A DNA stretch of 56,442 nucleotides from Minisyncoccia bacterium (GCA_965659025.1 CBFHTW010000001.1:1-56442); one strand, 5' to 3'; shown: positions 43,602 through 53,611, counted from the stretch's first letter. Translations and numbers: made by a program. Notes: generated by a model from the sequence alone, not told the origin.

Positions 43602-44228
43602 TTAGGCGTTTTCTGTCGCCTCCGGAGACGACGCCTCCTTCGCTGGAGCAGTTTCTGGGACTGGCGCTACAGGCTCTGGCTTTTCTTCCTTGACGGCGGC
43701 AATAACGACAATCAACTCCTCCGGATCAATCTTAAGTGTTGCGCTCTTCGGCAATGCGATGTCCTTGGCAAAGATGTGGTCGCCGATTTGTTCAAGGGAA
43801 GAGAGATCAATGATGAGTGTGTGAGGGAGTTCGGCGGGAGACACTGAGATTTCCACTTCATGCACGGTCTTGACCACCACGCCGCCAGATTTCTCAGCCG
43901 GGGCAACGCCAATAAATTCAAGCGGGATAGAAACCTGTACCTTTTGGCCCTTGGCGATGGCGTAGAGATCTACATGCAAAGGAGTACCTGTTACCGGATG
44001 AAATTGCACCTCGTGGATGAGTACTTGCTTTTCGTCTCCGAGGCCCTGTACGGCGATGACCGTTGTCTCGCCCGCGGTCTTCCACACGCGTTCAAAGTCG
44101 CGCTGTACGAGTGCGACCGGCGTTGAAGTTTCTTTTGCACCGTAGACAACGGCAGGCAAAAGACCCTCCTCACGCAAGGTGGTCGGATTGGTGTCCTTAC
44201 TGCGCAGTTGCGCTACGATTGTTGGCAT
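43602..44228 (-). CDS. rplY: 50S ribosomal protein L25/general stress protein Ctc
   Basis: LREEGLLPAVVYG...VQFHPVTGTPLHVDL, with a C-terminal acidic/Pro tail. Confidence 0.9.
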   Translation of the reverse strand: MPTIVAQLRSKDTNPTTLREEGLLPAVVYGAKETSTPVALVQRDFERVWKTAGETTVIAVQGLGDEKQVLIHEVQFHPVTGTPLHVDLYAIAKGQKVQVSIPLEFIGVAPAEKSGGVVVKTVHEVEISVSPAELPHTLIIDLSSLEQIGDHIFAKDIALPKSATLKIDPEELIVVIAAVKEEKPEPVAPVPETAPAKEASSPEATENA

Positions 44229-44246
44229 GGTCGGAAGTATACGGAT

Positions 44247-45215
44247 TTATGCGCCGCTTGCAACTCCCTCGGCCTCTATGATGACCCGCGCTTCCGCCGA
44301 GGAGTGTGTATCCATAAGGCGGATGCGCATATCCTTTGCCCCATCAAAATCGCTACAGTACGCCTTGAAATGCTTTTTCATCACGGCGAAATTGGTCGTT
44401 CCCTCCAGTAATTCTTGAAACAATGCGAGGTGCTCTGCGAGCGCACGGAGGCGCTCTTGGCGAGTCGGAACCGTCGTTCTTTCTGAGAAAAGCCATGGAT
44501 TGCCATACAGCGCGCGGCCGAGCATAACACCGTCTGCACCGCTCTCTTTTGCCCTCGCGCGCGCGTCCGCAATAGTGCGCACGTCGCCATTGCCAATGAT
44601 GAGCGTGTCTGCTCCAAGCGCATCGCGGATAGACACCGCTTCGCGCACATGTTCCCAGCGCGCGGGTACTTCAGAGAGTTCGTTGCGCGTGCGCGCGTGA
44701 ATCGTTACCGCCGCCGGAGATGTTTCAAGCAGTGCCGGCAGCCAGGTGGAGAGATCGTTCTTTGCGTACCCGATGCGCGTCTTGACCGACACGGGCAACC
44801 CGCCGCCGCCTCGCTGTGCGGCGCGAATGATTTCCTGTGCGAGCTCTGGTGCCTTCATCATGGCGGCGCCGCAACCGCCACGCTCCGCCGCACGATCCGG
44901 ACATCCCATGTTGATATCAATGCCGTCAAACCCGAGTTCAGCGACAATGCGCGCGGCCTGCTCCATGCGCTCCGGATATGCACCAAAGAGCTGTGCCACA
45001 ATCGGCCGCTCCGATGGCCCGAAGAGAAGTTTTTTGCGCAATATTGCCTGCCCGCGCTCGGGCGCGAGCACAAGACCGTCGGCCGAGGTGAATTCTGTAT
45101 ACATGACGTGTGGTTTGCCATGGCGCGCGATGAGCGCGCGAAATGCCGCGTCAGTAACATCCTCCATGGGTGCTTGCGCAAAAAACGGCCGCGGCAGGCT
45201 CTTCCAGAAGTTCAT
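44247..45215 (-). CDS. dus: tRNA-dihydrouridine synthase
   Basis: FAQAPMEDVTDAAFR...GFDGIDINMGCP...VKTRIG FMN-binding TIM-barrel motifs. Confidence 0.88.
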   Translation of the reverse strand: MNFWKSLPRPFFAQAPMEDVTDAAFRALIARHGKPHVMYTEFTSADGLVLAPERGQAILRKKLLFGPSERPIVAQLFGAYPERMEQAARIVAELGFDGIDINMGCPDRAAERGGCGAAMMKAPELAQEIIRAAQRGGGGLPVSVKTRIGYAKNDLSTWLPALLETSPAAVTIHARTRNELSEVPARWEHVREAVSIRDALGADTLIIGNGDVRTIADARARAKESGADGVMLGRALYGNPWLFSERTTVPTRQERLRALAEHLALFQELLEGTTNFAVMKKHFKAYCSDFDGAKDMRIRLMDTHSSAEARVIIEAEGVASGA

Positions 45216-45272
45216 CTTGCAAGCATCGGAGTATGGGTGTTGAATGTCAATAGCAACAAAAGGGAGGGAGTC

Positions 45273-45458
45273 ATGTACGAACGCATTTCACCGCAAGCGC
45301 CGCATCCGGATTGGGTGGAAAAAATCCCCGATCCGAAGTGGCGCGAGAAGTTCGCCCGCATGGAGCAGGACGAAATGGCCGAAACCATTCCGGAGAATCC
45401 CATTGCTCGCTTCTTCCGCGTGTGGCGTGGATGGTGGGACAAACTCCTCGGCGACTGA
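45273..45458 (+). CDS. Hypothetical small protein (61 aa, Trp-rich)
   Basis: GGGAGGGAG SD upstream of the ATG, and a terminator follows. I recognise no family. Confidence 0.45.
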   Translation: MYERISPQAPHPDWVEKIPDPKWREKFARMEQDEMAETIPENPIARFFRVWRGWWDKLLGD

Positions 45459-45465
45459 CCTTTTA

Positions 45466-45489
45466 GCCGCGGGCGCATGCGCCCGCGGC
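45466..45489. terminator. Bidirectional palindromic terminator GCCGCGGGCGCATGCGCCCGCGGC
   Basis: Lies between convergent gene ends. Flanked by TTTT upstream and ATTTTTT downstream on the plus strand. Confidence 0.7.
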
Positions 45490-45497
45490 AACATTTT

Positions 45498-46424
45498 TTA
45501 CTCTACGTCGGTTGAAGTGGCGTGTTTTAGTTTGTAGTACACACGATTGCCGTATCTGAGATTTACATATTCCATATCGGCAATTCTCCCCTTGAGCGCA
45601 CCGGCGGCAAACACGCTTTCAAGATGTTTTACTACGGCACTCACATCTTCCCCAAACGCCAACCGCAATTCCGCGCCACCTTGCAAGGGAATACTGTAAT
45701 CGCGCTCCCCTTCCACGCGAGCACCGAGCGGAGCGTAGCCGCGCTGTGCGAGTACATCCAAAAGTTCTTTTGTGTCATGCAATCTGCCTGAGAGAAACAC
45801 CTGCCCAATCGGCGAGCGATTTCCATCAAGTCCACCCCAGTATACGTACTCCCCGGGAGCGCTTGGTGATGCCGCCTCGGCATAGATAAACCCGCCAGCA
45901 TCCATGAGGTAGCACGTGCCGCCAGTATCACACCAGCGAGACGCTTCAGTGCGCTCCGTAACCACAATACGCACCACTTGGCTAAAGAGTGGGTCTCGTT
46001 CTATGGCGACAGTGGCGATACGCGGTACGGAATCTTCTATTGTCCGAACAATCGCATGCTGTGGATAGAGAAATATATTAGTCCTTGAAAACAAGTGCAG
46101 TGAGCCGTCATACAACACCGATTCGGCATATCCGCGCACTAAAGACTCCGGAACATTACGATTTCCTGTGACGTCAATGCGCACTACCTGCAAACGATGC
46201 AGGCGCGTGAGTCCTGCCAGACCGGAGACGAGTCCCGCAACGATTAGAAAAATTGCTACAACAATGAGCGCCTGCATGCGACGGCGTCTGGATTTGAGAC
46301 GCGGCTTCGGATGTGTCGCAAGCGGCAGTCGCTCGGTGCGAAATTCCGCACGCTGTGCACTCTCTCGCCGCGCGCGTCCTGTCCGGCTAGGCGGACGTAG
46401 ATCACTAATTCGCTGTGATGACAT
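45498..46424 (-). CDS. ftsQ: FtsQ-type POTRA domain cell-division protein
   Basis: Basic N-terminus, a TM helix (ALIVVAIFLIVAGLVSGLAGL), then POTRA (VVRIDVTGNRNVPESLV). The start is uncertain: the ATG at 46424 overlaps the serS end by 20 nt, and 46277 is an alternative. Confidence 0.6.
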   Translation of the reverse strand: MSSQRISDLRPPSRTGRARRESAQRAEFRTERLPLATHPKPRLKSRRRRMQALIVVAIFLIVAGLVSGLAGLTRLHRLQVVRIDVTGNRNVPESLVRGYAESVLYDGSLHLFSRTNIFLYPQHAIVRTIEDSVPRIATVAIERDPLFSQVVRIVVTERTEASRWCDTGGTCYLMDAGGFIYAEAASPSAPGEYVYWGGLDGNRSPIGQVFLSGRLHDTKELLDVLAQRGYAPLGARVEGERDYSIPLQGGAELRLAFGEDVSAVVKHLESVFAAGALKGRIADMEYVNLRYGNRVYYKLKHATSTDVE

Positions 46425-47670
46425 CGGCCCCCATGTAACCCCGCAGTACCTCGGGGATCGCGACAGAACCATCAACTTGCTGATAGTTTTCAACGATGTG
46501 ACAAAGGATACGCGGGAGCGCAAGCGCGGTGTTGTTGAGAGAATGCGCATAGCGAAGCGTCCCGTCCGTGTCGCGATACCGAATATTGAGCCGACGAGTT
46601 TGGAAGTCATGGAAGTACGACGCCGAATGCGTCTCCCGATATTTCTTTTCAGACGGCATCCATACTTCAAGGTCGTACTTCTTCACCTGGCCGAGCCCCA
46701 GATCACCGCCGCAGTTAACCACCACATGATATGGAAGCTTCAACTCCTGCAGAAGCGCCTCGGCGTTGGCGGTGATTTCCTCATGCAGTCGCACCGACTC
46801 TTCATGATTCGCCCCGCACAAGACCACCTGTTCAAATTTTAGAAATTCATGGATGCGAAACACTCCCTTGGTATCTTTGCCGTGGCTTCCGGCTTCGCGC
46901 CTAAAGCAAGGTGAGAAAGAGAAAAACTTCAGAGGGAGTTGTGAACGATCAAGGGTCTCATTCATGTAATACCCCATGGTTGCCACTTCAGCGGTGCCGG
47001 CGAGGTACTCGCCGTCTTGTGTCTTGTACAAATCCTCCTCGCTCTGTGGCAAATAGCCGGTACCGATAAACGGCTCGCGACGCACAAGTGACGGCACGAT
47101 CATGGGAACGAAACCCTTGCCAGTGAATCGTTCAATGACAAACCTCTCCAAAGCCCATGCGAGCTGTGCGCCCGCGCCTTTCAAGAAATATCCGCGAAAG
47201 CCAGCCACCTTTGCTCCGCGTTCAAAATCGGCCATGCCGAGTGACACCATGAGATCAACATGGCTCTTGGGGGTAAACGTGAATGTAGTGGCCTCGCCCC
47301 ACACTTTCACCTCTTTGTTGTCAGCGTCACTATCGCCATCTGGCACGGAGATGTCGGGCACATTGGGCACCTGCACCATAAGCGCGCGCCATTCTGTCAT
47401 GACACCGACCATGCTCTCTTCCGCTGTTTTGAGTGTTTCTTTGGCCCCCTGCATCTGTGCGATGAGCGCGTCTCGTTCGGCTCCCTGCGCCGCGGCGATG
47501 CCTTGCGATGCGGCGTTTTGCGCGGCGCGCAACTCGTCAATGTTCTGTTGGAGCGCTTTGCGGGAATCGTCTAGCGAGATAAGCTTGTCAATGTCAATGG
47601 TGATGTGCTTCTTTTTTGCGCCGGCAATCACGATGTCCTTGTTCTCGCGGATGAATTTGATGTCTAGCAT
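46405..47670 (-). CDS. serS: Serine--tRNA ligase
   Basis: MLDIKFIRENKD..., an N-terminal coiled-coil arm and class II motifs (FRREAGSHGKDTKGVFRIHEF; GLGQ...). The ATG at 47670 is used. The ORF-track N-terminal extension has no homology. Confidence 0.93.
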   Translation of the reverse strand: MLDIKFIRENKDIVIAGAKKKHITIDIDKLISLDDSRKALQQNIDELRAAQNAASQGIAAAQGAERDALIAQMQGAKETLKTAEESMVGVMTEWRALMVQVPNVPDISVPDGDSDADNKEVKVWGEATTFTFTPKSHVDLMVSLGMADFERGAKVAGFRGYFLKGAGAQLAWALERFVIERFTGKGFVPMIVPSLVRREPFIGTGYLPQSEEDLYKTQDGEYLAGTAEVATMGYYMNETLDRSQLPLKFFSFSPCFRREAGSHGKDTKGVFRIHEFLKFEQVVLCGANHEESVRLHEEITANAEALLQELKLPYHVVVNCGGDLGLGQVKKYDLEVWMPSEKKYRETHSASYFHDFQTRRLNIRYRDTDGTLRYAHSLNNTALALPRILCHIVENYQQVDGSVAIPEVLRGYMGADVITAN

Positions 47671-47690
47671 AGTGTTAGAATTGTAGCATT

Positions 47691-48554
47691 GTGAACAGCG
47701 AGCTCCAACGAATCCCTGCTGAAGCGTTGCCACTGCGCTTGCGTGAAATACCGGACGCGCCAACACAGCTATATGTGCGTGGCACGCTTCCTAGTCAGGA
47801 GCGCCCCTACCTGGCTGTGGTAGGCAGCCGTGCGGCCACCCCTTACGGCAAGCAAGTCGTACGCGAGCTTTTGCATGGCCTGCAAGGCACGCAGGTTGTC
47901 ATTGTCTCGGGCCTCGCCTACGGCATTGATGCACTCGCGCATGCAACGGCTCTTGAAGTGGGCCTTACCACCGTGGCGGTACCAGGCAGTGGATTAGGAT
48001 GGAACGTGCTGTACCCGCGCGCCAACGTAAACCTCGCCCGCGAGATACTAAAAGCGGGTGGATCTCTTATATCTGAATTTGAACCAGAAATGAAGGCGGC
48101 CGATTGGACATTTCCCCAGCGCAATAGAATCATGGCGGGACTCTGCCAGGCCACGCTCGTGGTGGAAGCAAGAGAGCGTTCCGGCTCGCTCATCACCGCG
48201 CGTCTGACGGCTGAATACAATCGCGACCTGCTTGTGGTTCCTGGTTCTATCTTTAGCGAAGGGAGCCGCGGTACGCACCAATTTCTAAAACTTGGCGCGA
48301 CGCCAATTACGAGCGCGACGGATCTGCGCGTGGCGCTTGGCCTCCATGGGACACAATCTTCAGCGGCGTGTACAACACGCGAGGACCTTTCAGAGACAGA
48401 ACATGAAGTACTGCGCATCATCACCAGCCCTGTGTCGCGTGAAGCGCTTATCCAAGAGCTCGGTCTGTCCACTACCGAGGCAAATATTCTCCTCTCTGCA
48501 ATGGAGATAAAAGGACTCATCATTGAGGAGTTCGGATTTGTGCGCGAACTCTGA
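47691..48554 (+). CDS. dprA: DNA processing protein DprA (Smf)
   Basis: GTG start. AVVGSRAATPYG...IVSGLAYGIDALAH...VVPGSG Rossmann-like DprA core and a C-terminal winged helix. Confidence 0.88.
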   Translation: MNSELQRIPAEALPLRLREIPDAPTQLYVRGTLPSQERPYLAVVGSRAATPYGKQVVRELLHGLQGTQVVIVSGLAYGIDALAHATALEVGLTTVAVPGSGLGWNVLYPRANVNLAREILKAGGSLISEFEPEMKAADWTFPQRNRIMAGLCQATLVVEARERSGSLITARLTAEYNRDLLVVPGSIFSEGSRGTHQFLKLGATPITSATDLRVALGLHGTQSSAACTTREDLSETEHEVLRIITSPVSREALIQELGLSTTEANILLSAMEIKGLIIEEFGFVREL

Positions 48555-48635
48555 TTGTCGTATGCTCATGCGCGGCGACCTCATTGCGCGCAGTATTATG
48601 TGATCCCACGAGCGTGGAAACGATAGTGAACTTTT

Positions 48636-48675
48636 GCCGCCGGTGCGCTCGGCGCACCGGCGGCTTCTTTCTCTC
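48636..48675 (+). terminator. Rho-independent terminator of dprA
   Basis: GCCGCCGGTGCGC-TCG-GCGCACCGGCGGC followed by TTCTTTCTCTC. Confidence 0.8.
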
Positions 48676-48681
48676 ACCCCA

Positions 48682-48711
48682 TTGACATGTGGTACGCTTC
48701 TGGAGTATCAC
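48682..48711 (+). promoter_or_regulatory. topA promoter TTGACA-18-TATCAC
   Basis: A perfect -35 hexamer. The -10 ends 15 nt before the ATG at 48727. No SD is present. Confidence 0.5.
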
Positions 48712-48726
48712 TGCCGCTCACACCCT

Positions 48727-50934
48727 ATGAAGCTTGTTATCGTTGAATCACCAGCAAAGGCGAAGACCATTGAGAAGTACCTCGGCAAAGGGTTTTCCGT
48801 GCGCGCGTCTGTCGGCCACATCCGCGACCTCCCCAAGAGCAACAAAGACGCAGTGGATATTGAGGGCGGGTTCGTGCCGCGCTACCATATTGTGGCCGAA
48901 AAAAGGCATGTCATTGACGAACTCCAAAAAAACGCCGAACAATCTGACGAGGTAATTCTCGCGACAGACCCCGACCGCGAAGGTGAGGCAATCGCCTGGC
49001 ACCTTGCGGAGACCATCGGCCTCAAGAAACCGAAGCGCATCGTATTTCATGAGATCACCGAGCGCGCGGTGCAAGAAGCGCTCGCGCATCCGCGCACCAT
49101 TGATAAAAAACTCGTGCGCGCCCAAGAAGCCCGACGCGTCTTGGACCGTCTCTTTGGATACGAGCTCTCCGGGCTCGTGTGGAAAAAGGTGCGCTACGGC
49201 CTATCCGCCGGACGCGTGCAATCGCCAGCGCTTCGTATTTTGATGGAGCGCGAACGTGAAATACGCGCCTTCGTGCCAGAAAAATATTGGGTGCTTGAAG
49301 CCGATTTGAAACCAAAGCAAGGAAATGTCTTCACAGCCACCTGCACGGAAGAGCCAACGTCCGAAGCAGAAGCCGAGCGTATTCTCGCCGCCGCCAAGAA
49401 GGGTACGTGGTCGGTCATCTCTGTGGAGGAAACAGAGGTCTCCCGAGCGGCGCGCGCACCGTTTACCACTTCTACCCTGCAACAAGCGGCTTCAACGCGC
49501 CTCGGCTTCTCGCCGTCGCGCACCATGCGCGCCGCTCAAAAACTCTATGAAGCCGGTCTCATTACCTACATGCGTACCGACAGCACCAACCTCGCCAAAG
49601 AGGCGCAGGAAAATCTCGTCGGCGTCGTACGAAGCGAATTTGGAGACAGCTATGTCGCACCGCGGCAATATAAAACAAAATCAAAGAGCGCTCAGGAAGC
49701 GCACGAAGCTGTACGCCCGACAGACGCCCGCAAACGCAGCGCGGGTGGCAACGACGAGCAGAAGAAATTGTATGAGCTTATCCGCGCTCGCGCCCTCTCC
49801 AGCCAAATGGCCGACGCAAAAATGCTTCGCACCAAAGTGATTACAAACATAACTGGCGGTGCAATCCCAGACTTCGCCGCAAACGGCTCGCGAGTGGTCT
49901 TTGACGGATGGCTCCGCGCCGATCCGGACGCTCGCGGCGAAGAAACAGAGGTGCCAAAGGTGCAGGCTGGTGATTCCCTCACCCTCTCCGACGCGCGAGC
50001 AGAAGGAAAAGAGACGCAACCCCCCGCTCGGTATTCAGAGGCAGGGCTTGTGAAAGAGTTGGAAAAACGAGGTATCGGCCGACCATCCACCTACGCCTCC
50101 ATCATCAAGACGCTTGAGGACCGCGGGTATGTGGAAAAACAGGGCCGCACGCTGATCCCTACGCACACCGGTGATGTGGTATCCACGTTTATAGAGGATC
50201 ATTTTGGCAATTACATCAGCGACACGTTCACCGCAGAAATGGAAAACGAGTTGGACGAAATTGCCGAAGGTGCGCGCACCTATGAGAAAACACTCGGCGA
50301 TTTTTACGCTCCGTTTAAAAAAGCGGTGAAGGGGAAAGAAAGACTGGAAAAAATCACCACCATGGGTGATGCGCCGGAAGAATTCCCCTGCCCCACATGC
50401 GGCTCACCGATGGCATACAAACTCTCACGCACCGGGAGATTTATGAGTTGCAAACGTTTCCCCGAGTGTCTTGGAGCTCGCAAAGAAGACGGTTCCATCA
50501 TTGAACCTCCAAAGGAGCTTGACGAACCATGCCCCCAATGCGGCGGCACGCTCATTGAGCGCGAAGGACGGTTTGGCCGCTTCATTGCCTGTTCCAAGTA
50601 TCCAAAATGTAAGTTTGTGAAAAAAGATCCGGCGGAAGAAGCGCGCGCAAAGACAGGTGTCGCATGCCCAGTATGCCCGCCCGGAGAGGGCCTGCCCGGC
50701 CAGGGCAAACAAGGTGAAATGGTGGAGCGCCGAGGTCGTTTCGGCATATTCTTTTCTTGTTCCAATTATCCGGCATGCAAAAACGCAATCAAGGCACGAC
50801 CCACTGGAGCACTGTGCCCAGAATGCGGCTCTCTCATGATGGAAGGCACGAAAACCATACCAGAGAGGTGCAGCAATAAAACCTGCCCGAATCACAATCC
50901 GCACAAGCTCGCCGGTGTGACAAAGAAGAAATAA
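48727..50934 (+). CDS. topA: DNA topoisomerase I
   Basis: MKLVIVESPAKAKTIEKYLG (TOPRIM), the catalytic Tyr region (GLITYMRTDS) and four C-terminal C4 zinc-ribbon modules. Confidence 0.95.
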   Translation: MKLVIVESPAKAKTIEKYLGKGFSVRASVGHIRDLPKSNKDAVDIEGGFVPRYHIVAEKRHVIDELQKNAEQSDEVILATDPDREGEAIAWHLAETIGLKKPKRIVFHEITERAVQEALAHPRTIDKKLVRAQEARRVLDRLFGYELSGLVWKKVRYGLSAGRVQSPALRILMEREREIRAFVPEKYWVLEADLKPKQGNVFTATCTEEPTSEAEAERILAAAKKGTWSVISVEETEVSRAARAPFTTSTLQQAASTRLGFSPSRTMRAAQKLYEAGLITYMRTDSTNLAKEAQENLVGVVRSEFGDSYVAPRQYKTKSKSAQEAHEAVRPTDARKRSAGGNDEQKKLYELIRARALSSQMADAKMLRTKVITNITGGAIPDFAANGSRVVFDGWLRADPDARGEETEVPKVQAGDSLTLSDARAEGKETQPPARYSEAGLVKELEKRGIGRPSTYASIIKTLEDRGYVEKQGRTLIPTHTGDVVSTFIEDHFGNYISDTFTAEMENELDEIAEGARTYEKTLGDFYAPFKKAVKGKERLEKITTMGDAPEEFPCPTCGSPMAYKLSRTGRFMSCKRFPECLGARKEDGSIIEPPKELDEPCPQCGGTLIEREGRFGRFIACSKYPKCKFVKKDPAEEARAKTGVACPVCPPGEGLPGQGKQGEMVERRGRFGIFFSCSNYPACKNAIKARPTGALCPECGSLMMEGTKTIPERCSNKTCPNHNPHKLAGVTKKK

Positions 50935-50995
50935 TGCGCCGATTCACCCCACGCGTCGCTTGTGCATGCGCCCCACTCGGGTGTATATACATCAT

Positions 50996-52516
50996 ATGCG
51001 TACGCTCCAAGATATAACGACAGCGATGGGCGACAAGGACGACGCGAGTGTTTCGCTCGTCTCTCAGGCGTATGAATTTGCCAAAAACGTACACAAAGAC
51101 CAAAAACGATACTCAGGTGAACCATATTTCATACACCTAGCTGAAGTCGCGCACATGCTCGCCACCATGGGCATGGACGCGCCTGCTATTGCAGCCGGAC
51201 TCCTCCACGATTCGGTAGAAGACATGGGCGTGCTTCCTGCAACCATTGAAAAAGAGTTTGGCGCCGAGGTGCGATGCCTTGTAGACGGAGTAACGAAGCT
51301 CGGCACAGTGCGATACCGCGGCCTGGATAGGCACATTGAGTCGTTGCGCAAGTTCTTCGCGGCCACCGCCAATGATTTGCGCGTACTCATCATCAAGCTC
51401 ACCGACCGCTTGCATAACGTGCGCACGCTTTCCTTTGTGCCCGCACACAAGCAAAAGCGCATCGCCATGGAGACGTTGGAAATTTACGCGCCGATCGCCG
51501 ACAGGCTCGGTATGAGCGTGATGAAGACCGATCTGGAGGACGCGTCGTTTCCTTTCGCCTACCCAAAGGAATATGAGAAGGTGCGAGCCCTTGTAAAAGA
51601 GCGCAAAAAAGAGAACGACAAGCGCTTGCAGAAAATGGAACACGATCTGAAGCGTGAGCTTGCCGACGCGGGGTTGCGTAATTTTCGCGCCGAAGCGCGC
51701 ATCAAGGGCATATATAGTCTCTTCAGAAAGCTAGAGCGCAAAGACTGGGACATCACCACTATCTTTGACATTCTTGCGTTACGCGTGATTTTGCCGAGTA
51801 CATCAGACTGTTATGCGGCACTTGGCGTCATCCATGCACACTGGCGTCCGGTACCGGGAAAAATAAAAGACTACATCGCATTCCCCAAGCCCAATGGCTA
51901 CCAGTCCATTCATACCACTGTGTATTCCGGAGATGGCGGGGCGATAGAGATACAATTGCGCACGGAAAGCATGCATAAAGAAGCGCAGTATGGTATTGCC
52001 GCGCACCTCACCTACAAGGAACGTCAGGGTAGCGGAGGCGCAAGCGGACGCGCAATGGAATGGGTGCGGCAGTTTTTCTCTTCACGCAAACACACTGCCC
52101 CCGATACCACAGCCGAGCAAAATCCTGATGAAGTGGTTCCTCAATGGATGCAGGACCTCGCGCAAGTGCATACCGAGGCCCCAGAATCAGACGAATATTT
52201 GGACACGCTCAAGGCAGACTTCTTCAACCACCGAGTGTTTGTGTTCACGCCGCGGAGCGACGTTATAGATTTGCCACTGCATGCGACGCCTGTGGATTTC
52301 GCGTATTGTATCCACTCCGACGTGGGCAACCACATGGCCGGCGCGCGCGTCAATGGCAAGATGGTGAGCTTGGACACGCCGCTGAAAAACGGCGACTTGG
52401 TAGAGATTATTCAAAAGCCTTCCGCGAGGCCATCTCATAAGTGGCTGGACATGGCAAAGACGACCCTCGCAAAAAAACACATACGCACCGCCCTGGCAGA
52501 ACAGCGCAACAAGTAG
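50996..52516 (+). CDS. RelA/SpoT homolog (HD hydrolase, synthetase and TGS domains; no ACT domain)
   Basis: HD motif (LLHDSVED), synthetase domain (YIAFPKPNGYQSIHTTV) and TGS (VFVFTPRSDVIDLP...GDLVEII). The protein ends shortly after TGS. Confidence 0.9.
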   Translation: MRTLQDITTAMGDKDDASVSLVSQAYEFAKNVHKDQKRYSGEPYFIHLAEVAHMLATMGMDAPAIAAGLLHDSVEDMGVLPATIEKEFGAEVRCLVDGVTKLGTVRYRGLDRHIESLRKFFAATANDLRVLIIKLTDRLHNVRTLSFVPAHKQKRIAMETLEIYAPIADRLGMSVMKTDLEDASFPFAYPKEYEKVRALVKERKKENDKRLQKMEHDLKRELADAGLRNFRAEARIKGIYSLFRKLERKDWDITTIFDILALRVILPSTSDCYAALGVIHAHWRPVPGKIKDYIAFPKPNGYQSIHTTVYSGDGGAIEIQLRTESMHKEAQYGIAAHLTYKERQGSGGASGRAMEWVRQFFSSRKHTAPDTTAEQNPDEVVPQWMQDLAQVHTEAPESDEYLDTLKADFFNHRVFVFTPRSDVIDLPLHATPVDFAYCIHSDVGNHMAGARVNGKMVSLDTPLKNGDLVEIIQKPSARPSHKWLDMAKTTLAKKHIRTALAEQRNK

Positions 52517-52517
52517 G

Positions 52518-53471
52518 CTACAGAGAAAAGTTGTTTATTGAATAGAGGTCTTCGGCCGGCGTTTCCGGCTCTACGGGAGCGGGACTCTCTGGCACCTCAA
52601 CACCACCAGAGGCAAGTGCGGCCGCGGCATCGCCCCTTTGCTGTCTGCGAGCAAGCACCTCGCGCAACGCGGCGAGATCATCCGGTGAGAAGAAGTCAAT
52701 CAGCACCTTTCCTCCCACTTCTTTTTTCTCAATGCGCACGCGCGTACCCAGGGCTTCGGTGAGTTCTTTTTCTATAGAAATAAGGTCTGGAGTGAGATCG
52801 TGTCGGCGCACGCGATCCACCGCCACGCGGCGCGCGAGCCCCTCCGCTTCGCGCACGTTGAGTTTGCGCGTGATAATGTCTTTGAATAGCACTTGCTGTT
52901 CTTCGGGGCGATCAATGAGCATGAGAAGCGGACGCGTGTGTCCTTCGTTGATCTCCCCGTCTCCCAAGGCTTGGAGCATTTCTTCCGGCAAAAGAAGCAT
53001 GCGGAGTGTGTTGGAGACGTATTCGCGGCTCTTGCCGACTTTTGCGCCAATGTCTGTCTGCTTCATGTTGAATTCTTTGGCGAGCTTCTCAAATGCGCGC
53101 GCCCGATCCACCGGATTGAGATCTTCGCGCTGAAGGTTTTCAATAATCGCGAGCTCAAGCTTCATTTTGTCGCTCTCTTCGGGCGCGCGAATGACCACGG
53201 GTACCTGCTGGAGTCCGGCAAGCTTGGAGGCGCGCAAACGGCGCTCGCCGGCGATAAGCTCGTAGTCTACGCGAATCCCCTCGCCCGGCTGTTCTGTTTC
53301 CCGGCGCACCACCGTAAGCGGTTGAAGCACCCCATATTGGCGAATGGAGTCGGCGAGCGAGGCAAGCGCGGCTTCATCAAATGTTTTGCGCGGCTGGTAA
53401 GGATTTGGCTTGATGCGATCGGTCTCCACCCAGAAGATTGAATTGCTGTAGTATCCTCCCTGCTCTGTCAT
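52518..53471 (-). CDS. parB: Chromosome partitioning protein ParB/Spo0J
   Basis: ATG at 53471. IKPNPYQPRKTFDE...SIRQYGVLQPL...LIAGERRLRA ParB box and an HTH (QTDIGAKVGKSREYVSNTLRML). Confidence 0.9.
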   Translation of the reverse strand: MTEQGGYYSNSIFWVETDRIKPNPYQPRKTFDEAALASLADSIRQYGVLQPLTVVRRETEQPGEGIRVDYELIAGERRLRASKLAGLQQVPVVIRAPEESDKMKLELAIIENLQREDLNPVDRARAFEKLAKEFNMKQTDIGAKVGKSREYVSNTLRMLLLPEEMLQALGDGEINEGHTRPLLMLIDRPEEQQVLFKDIITRKLNVREAEGLARRVAVDRVRRHDLTPDLISIEKELTEALGTRVRIEKKEVGGKVLIDFFSPDDLAALREVLARRQQRGDAAAALASGGVEVPESPAPVEPETPAEDLYSINNFSL

Positions 53472-53526
53472 GGCGGATAGTATATCATGGTTGCGATGGA
53501 CACTTTTTCCTATACACTGGCCGGAG

Positions 53527-53610
53527 GGGCGAGTGTCGGAATTGGTAGACGACCGCGACTCAAAATCGCGTGAGCGCAAGCTCGTGGGGGTTCGATTCCC
53601 CCCTCGCCCA
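53527..53610 (+). tRNA. tRNA-Leu (anticodon CAA), class II with a long variable arm
   Basis: The GGGCGAG/CTCGCCC acceptor stem, anticodon loop CTCAAAA, variable arm TGAGCGCAAGCTCGT and T-arm GGGGGTTCGATTCCCCC. No CCA is encoded. Confidence 0.9.
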
Positions 53611-53611
53611 C

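Noticed and set aside
50931-50950. Third copy of the 26-bp aaRS-associated element after the topA stop
   Set aside because: Only a 10-nt core (TGCGCCGATT) matches, which could be chance in a window this size. It is mentioned in the finding but not counted as a copy.
53570-53611. LAGLIDADG ORF beginning inside tRNA-Leu (GTG at 53570)
   Set aside because: The first 14 codons merely translate the tRNA T-arm and acceptor stem. The first ATG (53612) precedes motif 1 at a normal distance.
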